A DNA stretch of 64,000 bases from Planctomycetota bacterium (GCA_016930595.1 JAFGGJ010000067.1:2275-66274); one strand, 5' to 3'. Shown: positions 38,364 through 48,514, counted from the first letter of the stretch. Translations and numbers: made by a program. Notes: generated from the letters alone by a model not told the origin.

Positions 38364-40847
38364 ATGACGATGGCAAGGGAACCGAAACAAAAGGGGATGG
38401 GCGGTATGATAATCGCAGTGGTACTGGTTATCGCCGCGGGGGCCGTAATCGGATATTTATTCAAGCCGGCGCCGCCCGCGCCTTCAACACAGGAAGAACC
38501 TGCTGCGCAGCCGACGGTTCCGGAAGCAGTCCAGGAACCCGCCGGCGGACCTGAGTCCGCTGCGGCACCCGAACCCGCGCCTGAAAACAAACCTGAAAGG
38601 CCCGCCGTCATGCCCGAGCCTGTGCCGAGGACAAGAGCGGAAAAAGTAAAAGGATGGGAGCCAACCGGCCTCTCCGGCGGCGGCTCAATGTTCTGCCCGG
38701 CCATAAGCGCCGCGGACCCGATGCTCATGATGACGAGTTGCGACATGTCCGGCGCATATATATCGACGGATGGGGGGCGCTTCTGGAAGATGATCCACCA
38801 CAGGCAGCTTCAGGGGAATACGCGCGCCAAACCGGGGCTGCATCCGAAAGACACGAAGATCATGTACGCGGCTCTCGGCGACCTCATCAAGCGTAGCGAC
38901 GACCAGGGCGAGACCTGGCAGGAATGGTCGCGAGTCGGCAGCCGGGTCTATGGCGAGATCATGTTCGACTTCGATAATCCTTCGCTGATGCTCGTGGGAA
39001 CGCAGGACGGCGCTGCTGTTTCTTACGACGATGGCAAAACGTGGAAGCCGTGTGCGGGAGTGAAAGGCGAGGGCAAGGCGTTCCACGTTGATCGCACGAG
39101 CCCTGTGGAACAAAGGGTTATCTTCGCGGCGACGAACAATGGAATATGGCGCTCCGATGACCATGGTTCGACATGGGCCGAAAAGATGAACGGGCTGCCT
39201 TCGAGCGAGATAGTGTCGTTTGCGGGCGGATCGAATCCCGCGATGGTAATGCTTTACTGTTCGCTTCCTGGCAAGGCGGTGGACGGGAAGTTCGAGGGAG
39301 GGATATTCCGCTCAAAGGACCGGGGCGAGACCTGGGAATGGGCGATGGGCGGAGAGATAGACAAGGGCATCGAGAAGGCGGACCAGTACGGAGACGTGGA
39401 CGTTGCCCAGTTCCCGTTCGTTATGGCGAACAACGTCAAGCCCATGACAGTGCTTGCGGCGAACCTCGGCACGGGCTTCCATCCGCCCCATCATCCGACG
39501 ATCTACAGGAGCGACGACGCCGGCGACAACTGGCGGGCCATGCTCTACATGGATCAGCGCTTCGAGAAATGCAACATGGAGTGGGACTACATGATGGCCT
39601 CCAGGCGTGGCAAGTCGTACCAGCCGCGACCCTGGTGCGCCGTGACTTCGCCAGCCAATCCCGACGTGGTGCTGCGGATCACAGGGCAAGCGTACATCAC
39701 GCACGACGGCGGCAAGACGTGGTTCAACGGGCACACAAGACTAGCAGAGGGCCAGAAATACGAGCCGGGGTGCTTCTGGGTCAACACCGGCCTTGTAGTT
39801 ACCACGACGTGGAACTACTACGTAGATCCGTTCGAACACAACCGCCATTACATCTGCTACACGGATATAGGCTTCGCGCGCTCGCTGGATGCCGGCAATA
39901 CCTGGGCGTGGTGGGAGGAGACGAAGTGGGCGCCCTGGAGGAACACGTGCTATCAACTCGCCTTCGACCCGGACACACCGGGGAAAATATGGGGCGCATT
40001 CTCCGACGTGCACGACATCCCCAATGGAAACATCGTCTACGGAAACCACTGGAACAACAATCCCGAGAGAGGACCGGGCGGCGTCTGCATTTCGACGGAC
40101 TCCGGCGACTCGTGGAAGCCGTGTGGAAAGGGGCTGCCGGTGGCGCCGGTCTGCTCGATCGTGCTGGACCCGAAAAGTCCCAAAGGCGCGCGGCGGCTCT
40201 ACGCGGCGGTCTTCGGACACGGGGTTTACAGAACGGAAGACGACGGCCAGACATGGAAGCAGATAGGCAGCGGACTGGGGCATCCGTCCAACACGCGCAT
40301 CTACAAGATTGTTCTGCACAAGGACGGGACGCTTTACGCTCTCATCACGGCAAGACGTGTGAACCGGGTGTATTACAAAGAGGGAATGGGACTGTACCGC
40401 TCCAGGGACGACGGAGAAACGTGGGAATGTATTACATCGGACGCCCCGATCTACTGGCCCAAGGATTTCGAAGTGCATCCGGAAGACAGCAACGTGATAT
40501 TCCTGGGCGCTGCGGCGACGGGAGAACCGGAGTCGCCCGGAGGGCTATACAGGACGAAAGACGGCGGAGCGACGTGGCACCAGGTCGCGAGCAAAGGGAG
40601 ACAGCATTTCGGGGCGTATTTCCATCCCAAGAAACCGGACTGGGTGTACCTGACGATGTGCGAAGGCTCGGTCGAATGCTCGCTGTGGCTCAGCAAGGAC
40701 GGCGGAGATACCTGGCTCCCCATGAACACCTTCCCGTTTTCGAACACGCAGCGGGTGACCGTTGACCCGGACGATGCAAACACCATCTATGTGACGACGT
40801 TCGGAGGCAGCGTTTACAAGGGCCCGGCCGACCTGCCGCGGGATTAA
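38364..40847 (+). CDS. membrane-anchored BNR/Asp-box repeat protein (double beta-propeller, GH74/sortilin-like)
   Basis: 827-aa ORF with an N-terminal TM (MIIAVVLVIAAGAVIGYLF) and a Pro-rich linker. 13 S/T-x-D-x-G-x-T/S-W Asp boxes (STDGGRFW, SDDQGETW, YDDGKTW, SDDHGSTW, SKDRGETW, SDDAGDNW, THDGGKTW, SLDAGNTW, STDSGDSW, TEDDGQTW, SRDDGETW, TKDGGATW, SKDGGDTW). Confidence 0.75.
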   Translation: MTMAREPKQKGMGGMIIAVVLVIAAGAVIGYLFKPAPPAPSTQEEPAAQPTVPEAVQEPAGGPESAAAPEPAPENKPERPAVMPEPVPRTRAEKVKGWEPTGLSGGGSMFCPAISAADPMLMMTSCDMSGAYISTDGGRFWKMIHHRQLQGNTRAKPGLHPKDTKIMYAALGDLIKRSDDQGETWQEWSRVGSRVYGEIMFDFDNPSLMLVGTQDGAAVSYDDGKTWKPCAGVKGEGKAFHVDRTSPVEQRVIFAATNNGIWRSDDHGSTWAEKMNGLPSSEIVSFAGGSNPAMVMLYCSLPGKAVDGKFEGGIFRSKDRGETWEWAMGGEIDKGIEKADQYGDVDVAQFPFVMANNVKPMTVLAANLGTGFHPPHHPTIYRSDDAGDNWRAMLYMDQRFEKCNMEWDYMMASRRGKSYQPRPWCAVTSPANPDVVLRITGQAYITHDGGKTWFNGHTRLAEGQKYEPGCFWVNTGLVVTTTWNYYVDPFEHNRHYICYTDIGFARSLDAGNTWAWWEETKWAPWRNTCYQLAFDPDTPGKIWGAFSDVHDIPNGNIVYGNHWNNNPERGPGGVCISTDSGDSWKPCGKGLPVAPVCSIVLDPKSPKGARRLYAAVFGHGVYRTEDDGQTWKQIGSGLGHPSNTRIYKIVLHKDGTLYALITARRVNRVYYKEGMGLYRSRDDGETWECITSDAPIYWPKDFEVHPEDSNVIFLGAAATGEPESPGGLYRTKDGGATWHQVASKGRQHFGAYFHPKKPDWVYLTMCEGSVECSLWLSKDGGDTWLPMNTFPFSNTQRVTVDPDDANTIYVTTFGGSVYKGPADLPRD

Positions 40848-40934
40848 GAGTGGAGAGCGGCCGAAACAACGCAGACGTTCCTATGATGATATAATATCTC
40901 CGTAGACATGCCACGCTGCCGGAAGGAGAACCTC

Positions 40935-41864
40935 ATGGCAAGGCCTTTGAGCATCGTCGCCCCAGGCTGGTGGGATTATACTACTCTCGACCGCAAGATA
41001 TTGGACGATGCAGCAAAACTGACGCCGAAGGACCTTGAGCAGTTGTCGCGACCCGGCTTCAAGGTCGTCATGTACGACACTCTTGAGGATTTCTACCTCG
41101 CCGAAGCCCTCGAATACGTCACCGCCTGGAAGCAGGCTACGCCCGCCAGGCCCGCCGGCATCTGCGGGCCGATCGGGCCAACCGAACAACTGCCTCTCGT
41201 CGCCCGTCTCGTCAACGAACTCGACATCAGCCTCAAGAACGCCCACTTCTGGGGCATGGATGAATGGGTCATGAACGGCAAGTCTGTGCCTCCCGACCAC
41301 CCGCTCTCCTTTCAGAAGGCGGATATGGAACTCTGCTTCAACCGCATCCGCAAGGATCTCCTCATGCCGCCCGAAAATCTCCATTTCCCCGGCGCCGACA
41401 ACAACAAGTATTCCGCCTCCTACGACGCCGTCCGCTGCGTTGTCATGCAGGGCGGTCAGGGCGAAGTCAAGCACTGGGCTTTTAATGATCCGCTCAAACG
41501 CGAAGGCGAATACAAAGACAATCCGCCCTCACCCGCTGAATACCGTGCTCTTCCAACGCGTATTGTTGACCTGCACCCCATGACCATCATCCAGAATGCG
41601 CGCACTTCCGGCGGAGGCGTCGTCACTTCCGTCCCCGCCCAGGCGGCTTCCGTGGGCCCCGTCGAAACCTGGAAGGCCGAAAAAGTCTCGATATGGCACG
41701 CTGGCAAGCACGACAACCCCTTCGGCCAGAGACTTACGGCCATGATGATCTCGAAGAAACTGCCGGATAGCGCGGTCCCCATGTCCCTCCTAGCCGACCA
41801 TTCCGACGTCCAGTTCAACTACTACCGCCACGGTCTGGGCACCTGCGAAGCGGAAATGCACTGA
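40935..41864 (+). CDS. glucosamine-6-phosphate deaminase/isomerase (NagB) family protein
   Basis: ATG at 40935 is preceded by ggaaggaga. [13 protein letters not shown] and FWGMDEW blocks. Confidence 0.65.
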   Translation: MARPLSIVAPGWWDYTTLDRKILDDAAKLTPKDLEQLSRPGFKVVMYDTLEDFYLAEALEYVTAWKQATPARPAGICGPIGPTEQLPLVARLVNELDISLKNAHFWGMDEWVMNGKSVPPDHPLSFQKADMELCFNRIRKDLLMPPENLHFPGADNNKYSASYDAVRCVVMQGGQGEVKHWAFNDPLKREGEYKDNPPSPAEYRALPTRIVDLHPMTIIQNARTSGGGVVTSVPAQAASVGPVETWKAEKVSIWHAGKHDNPFGQRLTAMMISKKLPDSAVPMSLLADHSDVQFNYYRHGLGTCEAEMH

Positions 41865-41873
41865 AAGGTCCTC

Positions 41874-42647
41874 ATGCCGCACACTGTTTTCGCCATCGGA
41901 GCCCATCCCGACGATATCGAATTCATGATGGGCGGCACACTAATACTGCTTAAGCAGGCGGGTTGTCAAATCCACTGCATGAACATCGCCGACGGTAATT
42001 GCGGCACGACCCGGTACGAATCCGATGAAATCGCCCGTATCCGTCTCAAAGAAGCGCAGGATGCCTGTGCTCTCATTGGCGCGCACCATCATCCGCCGCT
42101 CTGCCGGGATATCGAGATATTCTACACCAACGACTTGCTTCACCGTCTTGGCTCTGTCGTGCGCGAAGTCGCCCCGGATATTCTTCTTCTCCAATCGCCG
42201 GGAGACTACATGGAAGACCACATGATAAGCGTGCGGCTGGCGGTGACCGCCGCCTTCTGCCGCGGCATGAAAAATTTTCCTGTGGTCCCGGCGGTGCCGC
42301 CGGTAATGAACGCGGTGACCGTGTACCATGCTCTCCCCTACGGTCTTCACGACGGGATGCGCAGGAAGATAGCGTCCGAGTTCTTCGTGGATATCGGCGG
42401 GGTCATCGACACAAAGACGGAAATGCTGGCCTGCCACCAGTCGCAGAAGAAGTGGCTCGATAAAAGCCAGGGGCTCGATTCATACCTCAAGACCATGCAG
42501 GAAATGAGCGCGGAAGTCGGGAAGATGTCCGGGAAGTTCGCCTACGCGGAAGGCTGGCGCCGCCACAACCATCTCGGCTTCTGCAAGCCTGACGACCACC
42601 CGCTTGCTGCAGTGCTGGACAAGGGAATCTATCCCGACCTGTCTTGA
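41874..42647 (+). CDS. PIG-L/LmbE family N-acetylglucosaminyl deacetylase
   Basis: 257-aa ORF with the VFAIGAHPDDIEFMMGGT signature and a downstream HxxH-type zinc ligand region. Confidence 0.8.
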   Translation: MPHTVFAIGAHPDDIEFMMGGTLILLKQAGCQIHCMNIADGNCGTTRYESDEIARIRLKEAQDACALIGAHHHPPLCRDIEIFYTNDLLHRLGSVVREVAPDILLLQSPGDYMEDHMISVRLAVTAAFCRGMKNFPVVPAVPPVMNAVTVYHALPYGLHDGMRRKIASEFFVDIGGVIDTKTEMLACHQSQKKWLDKSQGLDSYLKTMQEMSAEVGKMSGKFAYAEGWRRHNHLGFCKPDDHPLAAVLDKGIYPDLS

Positions 42648-42745
42648 TAACGCCAAATGCCGACGCGTGTTTTACCAGCGGAGATGTATACAATCGATTT
42701 CCTGACGGCGCAGTGGGAAAGGCGGGGCAGCCGTGAGATTCCGTT

Positions 42746-44104
42746 CTAGTTCCGCAGTTTCGCCAACGCCATTTCGGCTTCAACAGCAGCAAGCGCTATC
42801 GGTTCTCTGCCGGGGTCGGGAGAAAGCTCCGGCTGACCGGCGCAGCGGAGTGTCGCAAGTTGAGATGCGGTCCAGTTGGAGCGAATCGCTACAGTAATTG
42901 CGTCGATGTTTTTTATCGGCTGATCGCTATCGCTTACGATCTGTCCACCGATGATTTTGCCATTGTCTTTTCTGAATATCAATTTAACTACATATTGTTT
43001 ACGGTTGATCATCATCGAATGCTGGCTGTCTGCGGTTTGCAATATGCTATGAACTGGAATGCCCTCACTTTCGGCTTCGGTTTCCGTTATGCCCGTACCG
43101 GCAATGGACTTTTCAAAAAACTTAGTAGCAAACCCATTCACGAACGGCGGGTATTCGACTTGGTGCCCGAGAATGTTCCTGGCGATTATCCTTCCTCCGA
43201 TAACAGCGTTGGGCCTGAGTTGTCCGAGAATCGATTTCCCGGTGATAAAGCTCGGATATTCGATCACGTCGCCCGCGGCGTAGATGTCAGGATCCGATGT
43301 CTGAAGATATTTGTTTACCTTAAGCCCAAGCTCTCCTATTTCCAAGCTTGCCCCCATGGCCAATTCCGTTCTCGGTTTGGCGCCTGCCGAAATTATGACC
43401 ATATCGGCGTTAATTTCCGTTCCGGAGGCCAATTTGACCTTCTCAGACTTATCCTTGCCTTCAATCTCCACGACCTGGTGTCCCAGGTACATGGCGATGC
43501 CCTTTCCCGCCATGTAATCCTCCACCTGTTTACTCATGTCGGGATCAAGAGCTTTTTGAAGCACGTGATCGAGCATTTCTATCAGCGCAAGCCGAATTCC
43601 TTTTTTTGCTGTCAAGTAGGCAATTTCAATACCGATGGCCCCGCCACCGATCAGCGCCGCATCGTCAACACGATTCCGGTTCATCCAATTGAGGATGCTA
43701 TAAGCATCCCCGCTTGTCCGGAGAGTGAAGACACCCGGCAAATCCACCCCTTTAATTGGCGGCCGTACAGGCTGCGCTCCGGTGGCAAGCACCAGCTTGC
43801 CGTACGGGAACATCTGTCCGTCAGCGGTTATGACGGATTTCTTTTGCCGGTCTACGGCCTCAGCCTTGGCGTTCACCAATTCGATCCCACGCGACGTAAA
43901 AATGTTGTCGTCCTTATAGGACGGGTTCACCAACACTTCGCCACAACAGATATAAGGGCAGGCACAACGAGTAAGAAGGCCTTCTTCGTTCGGCTCCCGG
44001 ACAATTGTCACCCTATAATCAGGATCAAGCTTTTTCAGCATTATCGCGGCCAACGCGCCTGTGCCCGAACAACCGACAATAACTACTCTTTTTGAATCCA
44101 CCAT
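42746..44104 (-). CDS. FAD/NAD(P)-dependent pyridine nucleotide-disulfide oxidoreductase (NADH oxidase/CoA-disulfide reductase-like)
   Basis: 452-aa ORF with VVIVGCSGTGALAA, redox Cys region LTRCACPY, second Rossmann AALIGGGAIGIEIA, and DIYAAGDV. RBS agggaga. Confidence 0.8.
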   Translation of the reverse strand: MVDSKRVVIVGCSGTGALAAIMLKKLDPDYRVTIVREPNEEGLLTRCACPYICCGEVLVNPSYKDDNIFTSRGIELVNAKAEAVDRQKKSVITADGQMFPYGKLVLATGAQPVRPPIKGVDLPGVFTLRTSGDAYSILNWMNRNRVDDAALIGGGAIGIEIAYLTAKKGIRLALIEMLDHVLQKALDPDMSKQVEDYMAGKGIAMYLGHQVVEIEGKDKSEKVKLASGTEINADMVIISAGAKPRTELAMGASLEIGELGLKVNKYLQTSDPDIYAAGDVIEYPSFITGKSILGQLRPNAVIGGRIIARNILGHQVEYPPFVNGFATKFFEKSIAGTGITETEAESEGIPVHSILQTADSQHSMMINRKQYVVKLIFRKDNGKIIGGQIVSDSDQPIKNIDAITVAIRSNWTASQLATLRCAGQPELSPDPGREPIALAAVEAEMALAKLRN

Positions 44105-44110
44105 TTCTCC

Positions 44111-44461
44111 CTACCTTTCCGCTTTCATCGATTCAATTCGCAAGACCGTCTGCTGGGCGACTTTCACCTCTTTGGTGAAATGCTTTGTCATGCGTTCCAA
44201 AAAACCCTTCTGCTCGCCTGACGTCTCGTAATGCTTCATCAATTCATTTACCCAACTTACATTGGCATCAATCAGTTGTGGAATGCGTTCACTGTCATGA
44301 CGCACAGCGCCACGCGGACAATTATCGTGGCAGCGACCGCAGCGAATGCAGTTGGCGTCAACTATTGATGCGACATTTCCCGCCATGACGATTGCCCCCA
44401 CTGGGCAATCCCTTACACACATTCCGCATCCGATGCAATCTTCCTCTTTGATCCAAGGCAC
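44111..44461 (-). CDS. 2x[4Fe-4S] ferredoxin-domain protein with helical C-terminal extension
   Basis: 116-aa ORF with a GTG start after aggagg. CIGCGMCVRDCP and CIRCGRCHDNCP motifs. Ends 6 nt before the oxidoreductase start. Confidence 0.75.
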   Translation of the reverse strand: MPWIKEEDCIGCGMCVRDCPVGAIVMAGNVASIVDANCIRCGRCHDNCPRGAVRHDSERIPQLIDANVSWVNELMKHYETSGEQKGFLERMTKHFTKEVKVAQQTVLRIESMKAER

Positions 44462-44572
44462 CTGATCACCTCCTGCAACCGGTAAGCACTGAAGTTAAAT
44501 GAGTTGAATTTTGTTAGATATATAGTATCCTGTTGGCAGTACTTAACGTCAAGCGGAAGAAAAGGACAAGAC

Positions 44573-45103
44573 ATGGGAGCAGTTCTGAGCGCCGCGCTTG
44601 AAGATTACCTGGGCGTCATCTTCCACCTTCAACAGGAAAAGCGTTTCGCACTGGTACGCGACATAGCGGATCGGTCCAATGTAGCCAAATCCGCCGTAAC
44701 CTCCGCCTTGCGGACCCTTTCGGAAAGGGGCATGGTAAATTATAAGCCCTATGAACCGGTTACGCTTTCAGCAAAAGGAAATGAGCAGGCAGAGTGGCTT
44801 ATGCTCCGCCGGCAAATTCTCGAAGATTTCCTGACAAACATCCTTGGCCTTGACCCGGATCGAGTCTCGGTAACGGCCTGCGACATGGAGCATGCGGTGG
44901 ATCGTGAGAGCATGGAACGATTTATCTGTTTTCTGGCTTTTATGCATAGCAAAGGTACCGGAAAAACTAATTGGATTTCCGGGTTCCGCCGGTTTGTCGA
45001 CCGTGGAGCAAACAATTCAACCTGCAAGAACTGCATCAAGCAATATCTTGAACAATTAAAACAAGGTACAATGGGCGCCTGTAAAACACCAAATCAGACA
45101 TGA
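44573..45103 (+). CDS. DtxR/MntR family metal-dependent transcriptional regulator
   Basis: ATG at 44573 (the ORF track opens at TTG 44504). LEDYLGVIF..., winged HTH IADRSNVAKSAVTSALRTLSERGMV, and dimerisation helix QILEDFL. Confidence 0.75.
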   Translation: MGAVLSAALEDYLGVIFHLQQEKRFALVRDIADRSNVAKSAVTSALRTLSERGMVNYKPYEPVTLSAKGNEQAEWLMLRRQILEDFLTNILGLDPDRVSVTACDMEHAVDRESMERFICFLAFMHSKGTGKTNWISGFRRFVDRGANNSTCKNCIKQYLEQLKQGTMGACKTPNQT

Positions 45104-45262
45104 AAACAGTACGGGTGTCTCTGAAATGCGCTGGGCCGTCGCGACTGTTAGCGAAAACTCCCTTTCATGAGACGCCTGAGAGACCGGTTTGTTTGGGGGT
45201 GCGCCTGTGTGCTTGTTCTGTCGCGAACAGGCCAATGGTAAAGGATAAGGCGCAGCGTGAAC

Positions 45263-45937
45263 ATGAATAATCCGTTTGATATATACGTTGAGCGATATGA
45301 TGCGTGGTTTGATCGACATCACGATCAATACATGGCGGAGATCGAAGCCGTACGAGTAATTCTGCCCGTGTTCCGGAATGCGGTGGAGATCGGCGTCGGC
45401 ACGGGGCGTTTTGCCGTGCCTCTGGGAATTCCGCTCGGCGTGGAACCATCCCCGGCTATGGCCGCAATAGCGCGGCGACGCGGAGTCGAAGTGATACGGG
45501 GCCATGCCGAATGCCTGCCGTTGCCGGACAACAGTTTTGACCTGGCAGTATTAGTGACCACTATTTGTTTTGTCCGGGATCCCCTTCAGGCGCTACGGGA
45601 GGTTCACCGCATCCTGCGGCCCTGCGGCCATGTCATCATTGCTTTTGTGGATAAGAACTCGACGCTTGGGAAACAGTATGAAATCAAGCGTAACGCGAGT
45701 CCTTTTTACAGAAACGCGCGTTTCTTTGATGAAGACGAATTGAACACCCTGCTTGATTCCGCAGAGTTCGAAAAACCAAACGCAAAACGAATAAGCCTGG
45801 TGAACAGCAATCTGCCCGGAGCCCAATCATCGCAACGCTCTGTGGAACCGGCCGAAGCGGGGGATTTCACGGTGCTGTGCGCCGCCATAACCGGCAAACA
45901 GCACTTGAAGCCGGAAAAGCAGAAACGCCGGCAATAA
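45263..45937 (+). CDS. class I SAM-dependent methyltransferase
   Basis: Motif I VEIGVGTGRF. Acidic loop and LPLPDNSFDLAVLV (motif II/III). GTG at 45257 is an alternative start. Confidence 0.75.
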   Translation: MNNPFDIYVERYDAWFDRHHDQYMAEIEAVRVILPVFRNAVEIGVGTGRFAVPLGIPLGVEPSPAMAAIARRRGVEVIRGHAECLPLPDNSFDLAVLVTTICFVRDPLQALREVHRILRPCGHVIIAFVDKNSTLGKQYEIKRNASPFYRNARFFDEDELNTLLDSAEFEKPNAKRISLVNSNLPGAQSSQRSVEPAEAGDFTVLCAAITGKQHLKPEKQKRRQ

Positions 45938-45983
45938 GCCGCCGTGCAAAACCTGTCTGTCGCCCCCGCGCATGAGCACGTAT

Positions 45984-47048
45984 TCAGTGCTTTATGACGC
46001 CACCGCTGCCGGCAAAGTTCCCCCACGCGGCGGCAATGTCACTGCTCGGCAGAAACACTATCGGGTCGCTGGGCTTCACCTTCGCCAGGCGCGGATCGCC
46101 CATCTCGAAATAAACCCAGTTCTCCAGCTTGCCCACGTAGGTAGGTTTGTCCTGCAGAAACGGCACCACCCTCAGCCGGAATTCGGTGGCCGAAGCCTGG
46201 TAGCCGGCCTTCTTCTGCGCGGTCTTCACCAGCACCTGGAACTCCCTCAACGCCGCCGCTTCTGTGCGCAGAAGATGGTACTTGAGAAATTGCTGGGCCA
46301 GCGTGATGCTTTCCTGGTCCAGCTCGTGCCCTACTCCAGGCCAGCTGCGCCATATGGGCCGCATACCCATGCCGTGCGCGGTCTGATAGTAGCTTCTGCA
46401 CGCTGCCAGGCGCTCTCCATCGTTCTCACCGCACATTACGAGTACCGGGATACCCATCAGTCTGCGGCTGGGCGAATCCACTTCGCCCGGCGCCGAAAAC
46501 CCGAACGCTGCAACCATCCTCGGGTTCGCCGCGGCAAACCTGTGCGTAAACTGCGCCCCCGCCGAAAACCCGAACATCAGTATCTGTCCCGGATAGACCC
46601 TGTACCGGCCGGTCACGTCCTTCAGCATCGCCTTCAGTATGCCGTCCGCTCCGGCTGCCGGCTGCGCGTACCAGGAATCAGGCACTCCCTCCTGCGTAAA
46701 CGTCGGCGCCAGCAGAAAACACCCCGTTTTATCCGCCCACTTCGACCACCCTCCCGTGCTGACCGCACTCGCGCCGTTCTGTCCGGCCGCGTGCACCAGC
46801 ACCGCCACGCGGTGAAACCTCCAGTCATTGGCGTTATAGTCTTTCGGCACGTACAGAACGTAGGCCCACTCGCGACCTGACAGCTTTACCTTGCCTTCTT
46901 CCGAAATGCCTTGAACCCGCAACGCCGAAAACATCACGATAACTGCCGCCGGAACAAACCCCTTCACGCCGGACACTCCTTTCCCGACACGTTCCCCCGA
47001 ATTGTACCGCTGTCGGGGGGTAACGGCAAGCGCTCCGTACCGCCTCAT
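45984..47048 (-). CDS. secreted alpha/beta-hydrolase esterase (PHB-depolymerase/feruloyl-esterase-like)
   Basis: Nucleophile elbow GFSAG, VAVLVHAAGQNG, and a catalytic His region WPGVGHE. The start is uncertain; an internal GTG would give signal peptide VKGFVPAAVIVMFSALRVQG. Confidence 0.55.
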   Translation of the reverse strand: MRRYGALAVTPRQRYNSGERVGKGVSGVKGFVPAAVIVMFSALRVQGISEEGKVKLSGREWAYVLYVPKDYNANDWRFHRVAVLVHAAGQNGASAVSTGGWSKWADKTGCFLLAPTFTQEGVPDSWYAQPAAGADGILKAMLKDVTGRYRVYPGQILMFGFSAGAQFTHRFAAANPRMVAAFGFSAPGEVDSPSRRLMGIPVLVMCGENDGERLAACRSYYQTAHGMGMRPIWRSWPGVGHELDQESITLAQQFLKYHLLRTEAAALREFQVLVKTAQKKAGYQASATEFRLRVVPFLQDKPTYVGKLENWVYFEMGDPRLAKVKPSDPIVFLPSSDIAAAWGNFAGSGGVIKH

Positions 47049-47110
47049 TTACCTCCCCATGCCCGATACAGCACCCGTGCCGGGAGAGCGTTCGCCGGCG
47101 ATGAGCGGGC

Positions 47111-48514
47111 TTATTCGAACCAGCCCGCGGGAAGCCACGGCCTGAGGGCGGAAAGCATATCCTCCAGCATGGGCGCGATGTCGTAGACCTCCCTGACGTG
47201 CGGGTCCAGAAACAGCGCCTGCCGAGCCGCATCGCGATCGCATTCGAGGGCCGCGCGTATGGATAACTCGTGAATAGTAGTCCATCTTTCCACGAGCGAA
47301 TGTATCGCCGCGGGCAGCGCCACCTGTCCGCCCTTCACGTTCTTGCCGGATACGGTAACAAGGGCCTCGACACAGGCCGTTTCGGGAATGTCCTTTATGT
47401 ACGGCCCGGCATTCAGCAGGTTGAGCACCCGCGTGAAAGGTTCCCCGGTGAAATAAGCCCACAGCAGCTCATGGGCGTGTTCGGTGGTCAGCAGATGCAG
47501 ATCCCCCACCGGACCGTCGCCGTACGTCCATTCATGGATGATGTCGGGACATCTCCGGCGCCCGAACGGCTCCCGGCCCGGAACGGGCCTCTTCATGTGG
47601 CCGGCAAAGCCGTGTTTCTCAACACTGCGCGGCGTGAAAAAATACTTGTAGAATTCGGCCAGGTGAGTTTCGCCGCATGACGGCCAGCCCCCCAGAATAC
47701 TGTAAATATCGCGCTGGAGGGTGACTTCTTCGCGCCGGGTCTCCAGAAGGTTATCTTCCATTTTCGCGTCGGAAGCAAGGGTGGCTTCGCCTATTTCCGC
47801 CGTGCGGTCCACGCCGCTCACCAGCAGCTTTGTAACAAATGCCTGGTGGTTGACCCCGCCCACGTCTATCTTGATGTCCGTCTTCCTGCAGTGAAAAACC
47901 TTTGCGAAATAACGGAACAGCTCGTCTGCGGAATGGCAAAGCCCCCAAGACGTAATCCCGGCCTCCCTCGCCATGACGCCGGTAATGACCGACATCGGGT
48001 TGGTGAAATTGAGCATAACGGCATCCGGGCAGATGGACGCTATATCCCGGGCGATTTCAACCACTACGGGGACTTCGCGCAGACAGCGTGCAAGGGCCGT
48101 GGGCCCCAGAGTGTCGCCCACCCCGACCGGAATGCCGTATTTGAAGCACACCTCGAAAGAACGCCAGTCGCTTTCATCGCCGCCGGTGGTGATGGACAGG
48201 ATGACCGCATGCGCTCCCTTCAGCGCTTCCCTGCGGTCAAGCGTGCGGCTCACCGTCACATTGGTCTTTTCCTGCCGTGCGATTTTCTCGAGCAGGTCGG
48301 CGACCACGTTCATGGGCTTTTCGTCAACGTCGTGGACAACGAGATGGCAGTCTTCAAACCCCCCTACAAGCAGCATGTCGCGAAGCACCTTGTGGACAAA
48401 TTTGTAGGACGCTCCGACGAAAACAATTTTCTTCTCGCCCACGGAACCGCTGTTCTTCACGACTTCCTCGGGCTCACCGTACCAGCCGGCAGACTTTCCC
48501 GCTTTCTTTCCCAT
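47111..48514 (-). CDS. glycoside hydrolase family 4 (NAD+/Mn2+-dependent alpha-glucosidase/galactosidase type)
   Basis: KIVFVGASYKF Rossmann, NFTNPMS and WGLCHS motifs. ATG at 48514 is preceded by gagggaga (the ORF track opens at 48598). Confidence 0.8.
   Translation of the reverse strand: MGKKAGKSAGWYGEPEEVVKNSGSVGEKKIVFVGASYKFVHKVLRDMLLVGGFEDCHLVVHDVDEKPMNVVADLLEKIARQEKTNVTVSRTLDRREALKGAHAVILSITTGGDESDWRSFEVCFKYGIPVGVGDTLGPTALARCLREVPVVVEIARDIASICPDAVMLNFTNPMSVITGVMAREAGITSWGLCHSADELFRYFAKVFHCRKTDIKIDVGGVNHQAFVTKLLVSGVDRTAEIGEATLASDAKMEDNLLETRREEVTLQRDIYSILGGWPSCGETHLAEFYKYFFTPRSVEKHGFAGHMKRPVPGREPFGRRRCPDIIHEWTYGDGPVGDLHLLTTEHAHELLWAYFTGEPFTRVLNLLNAGPYIKDIPETACVEALVTVSGKNVKGGQVALPAAIHSLVERWTTIHELSIRAALECDRDAARQALFLDPHVREVYDIAPMLEDMLSALRPWLPAGWFE

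Noticed and set aside
37955-38554. 199-aa plus-strand ORF spanning the recombinase-remnant region and the start of the Asp-box gene.
   Set aside because: It has no motif, an odd composition, and overlaps the well-supported start of 38364-40847 in another frame.
42637-45958. 8-nt direct repeat ACCTGTCT at both edges of the low-GC island (42637-42644 and 45951-45958), considered as possible att sites.
   Set aside because: An 8-mer match within two windows of about 100 nt is not improbable by chance. No integrase is present.
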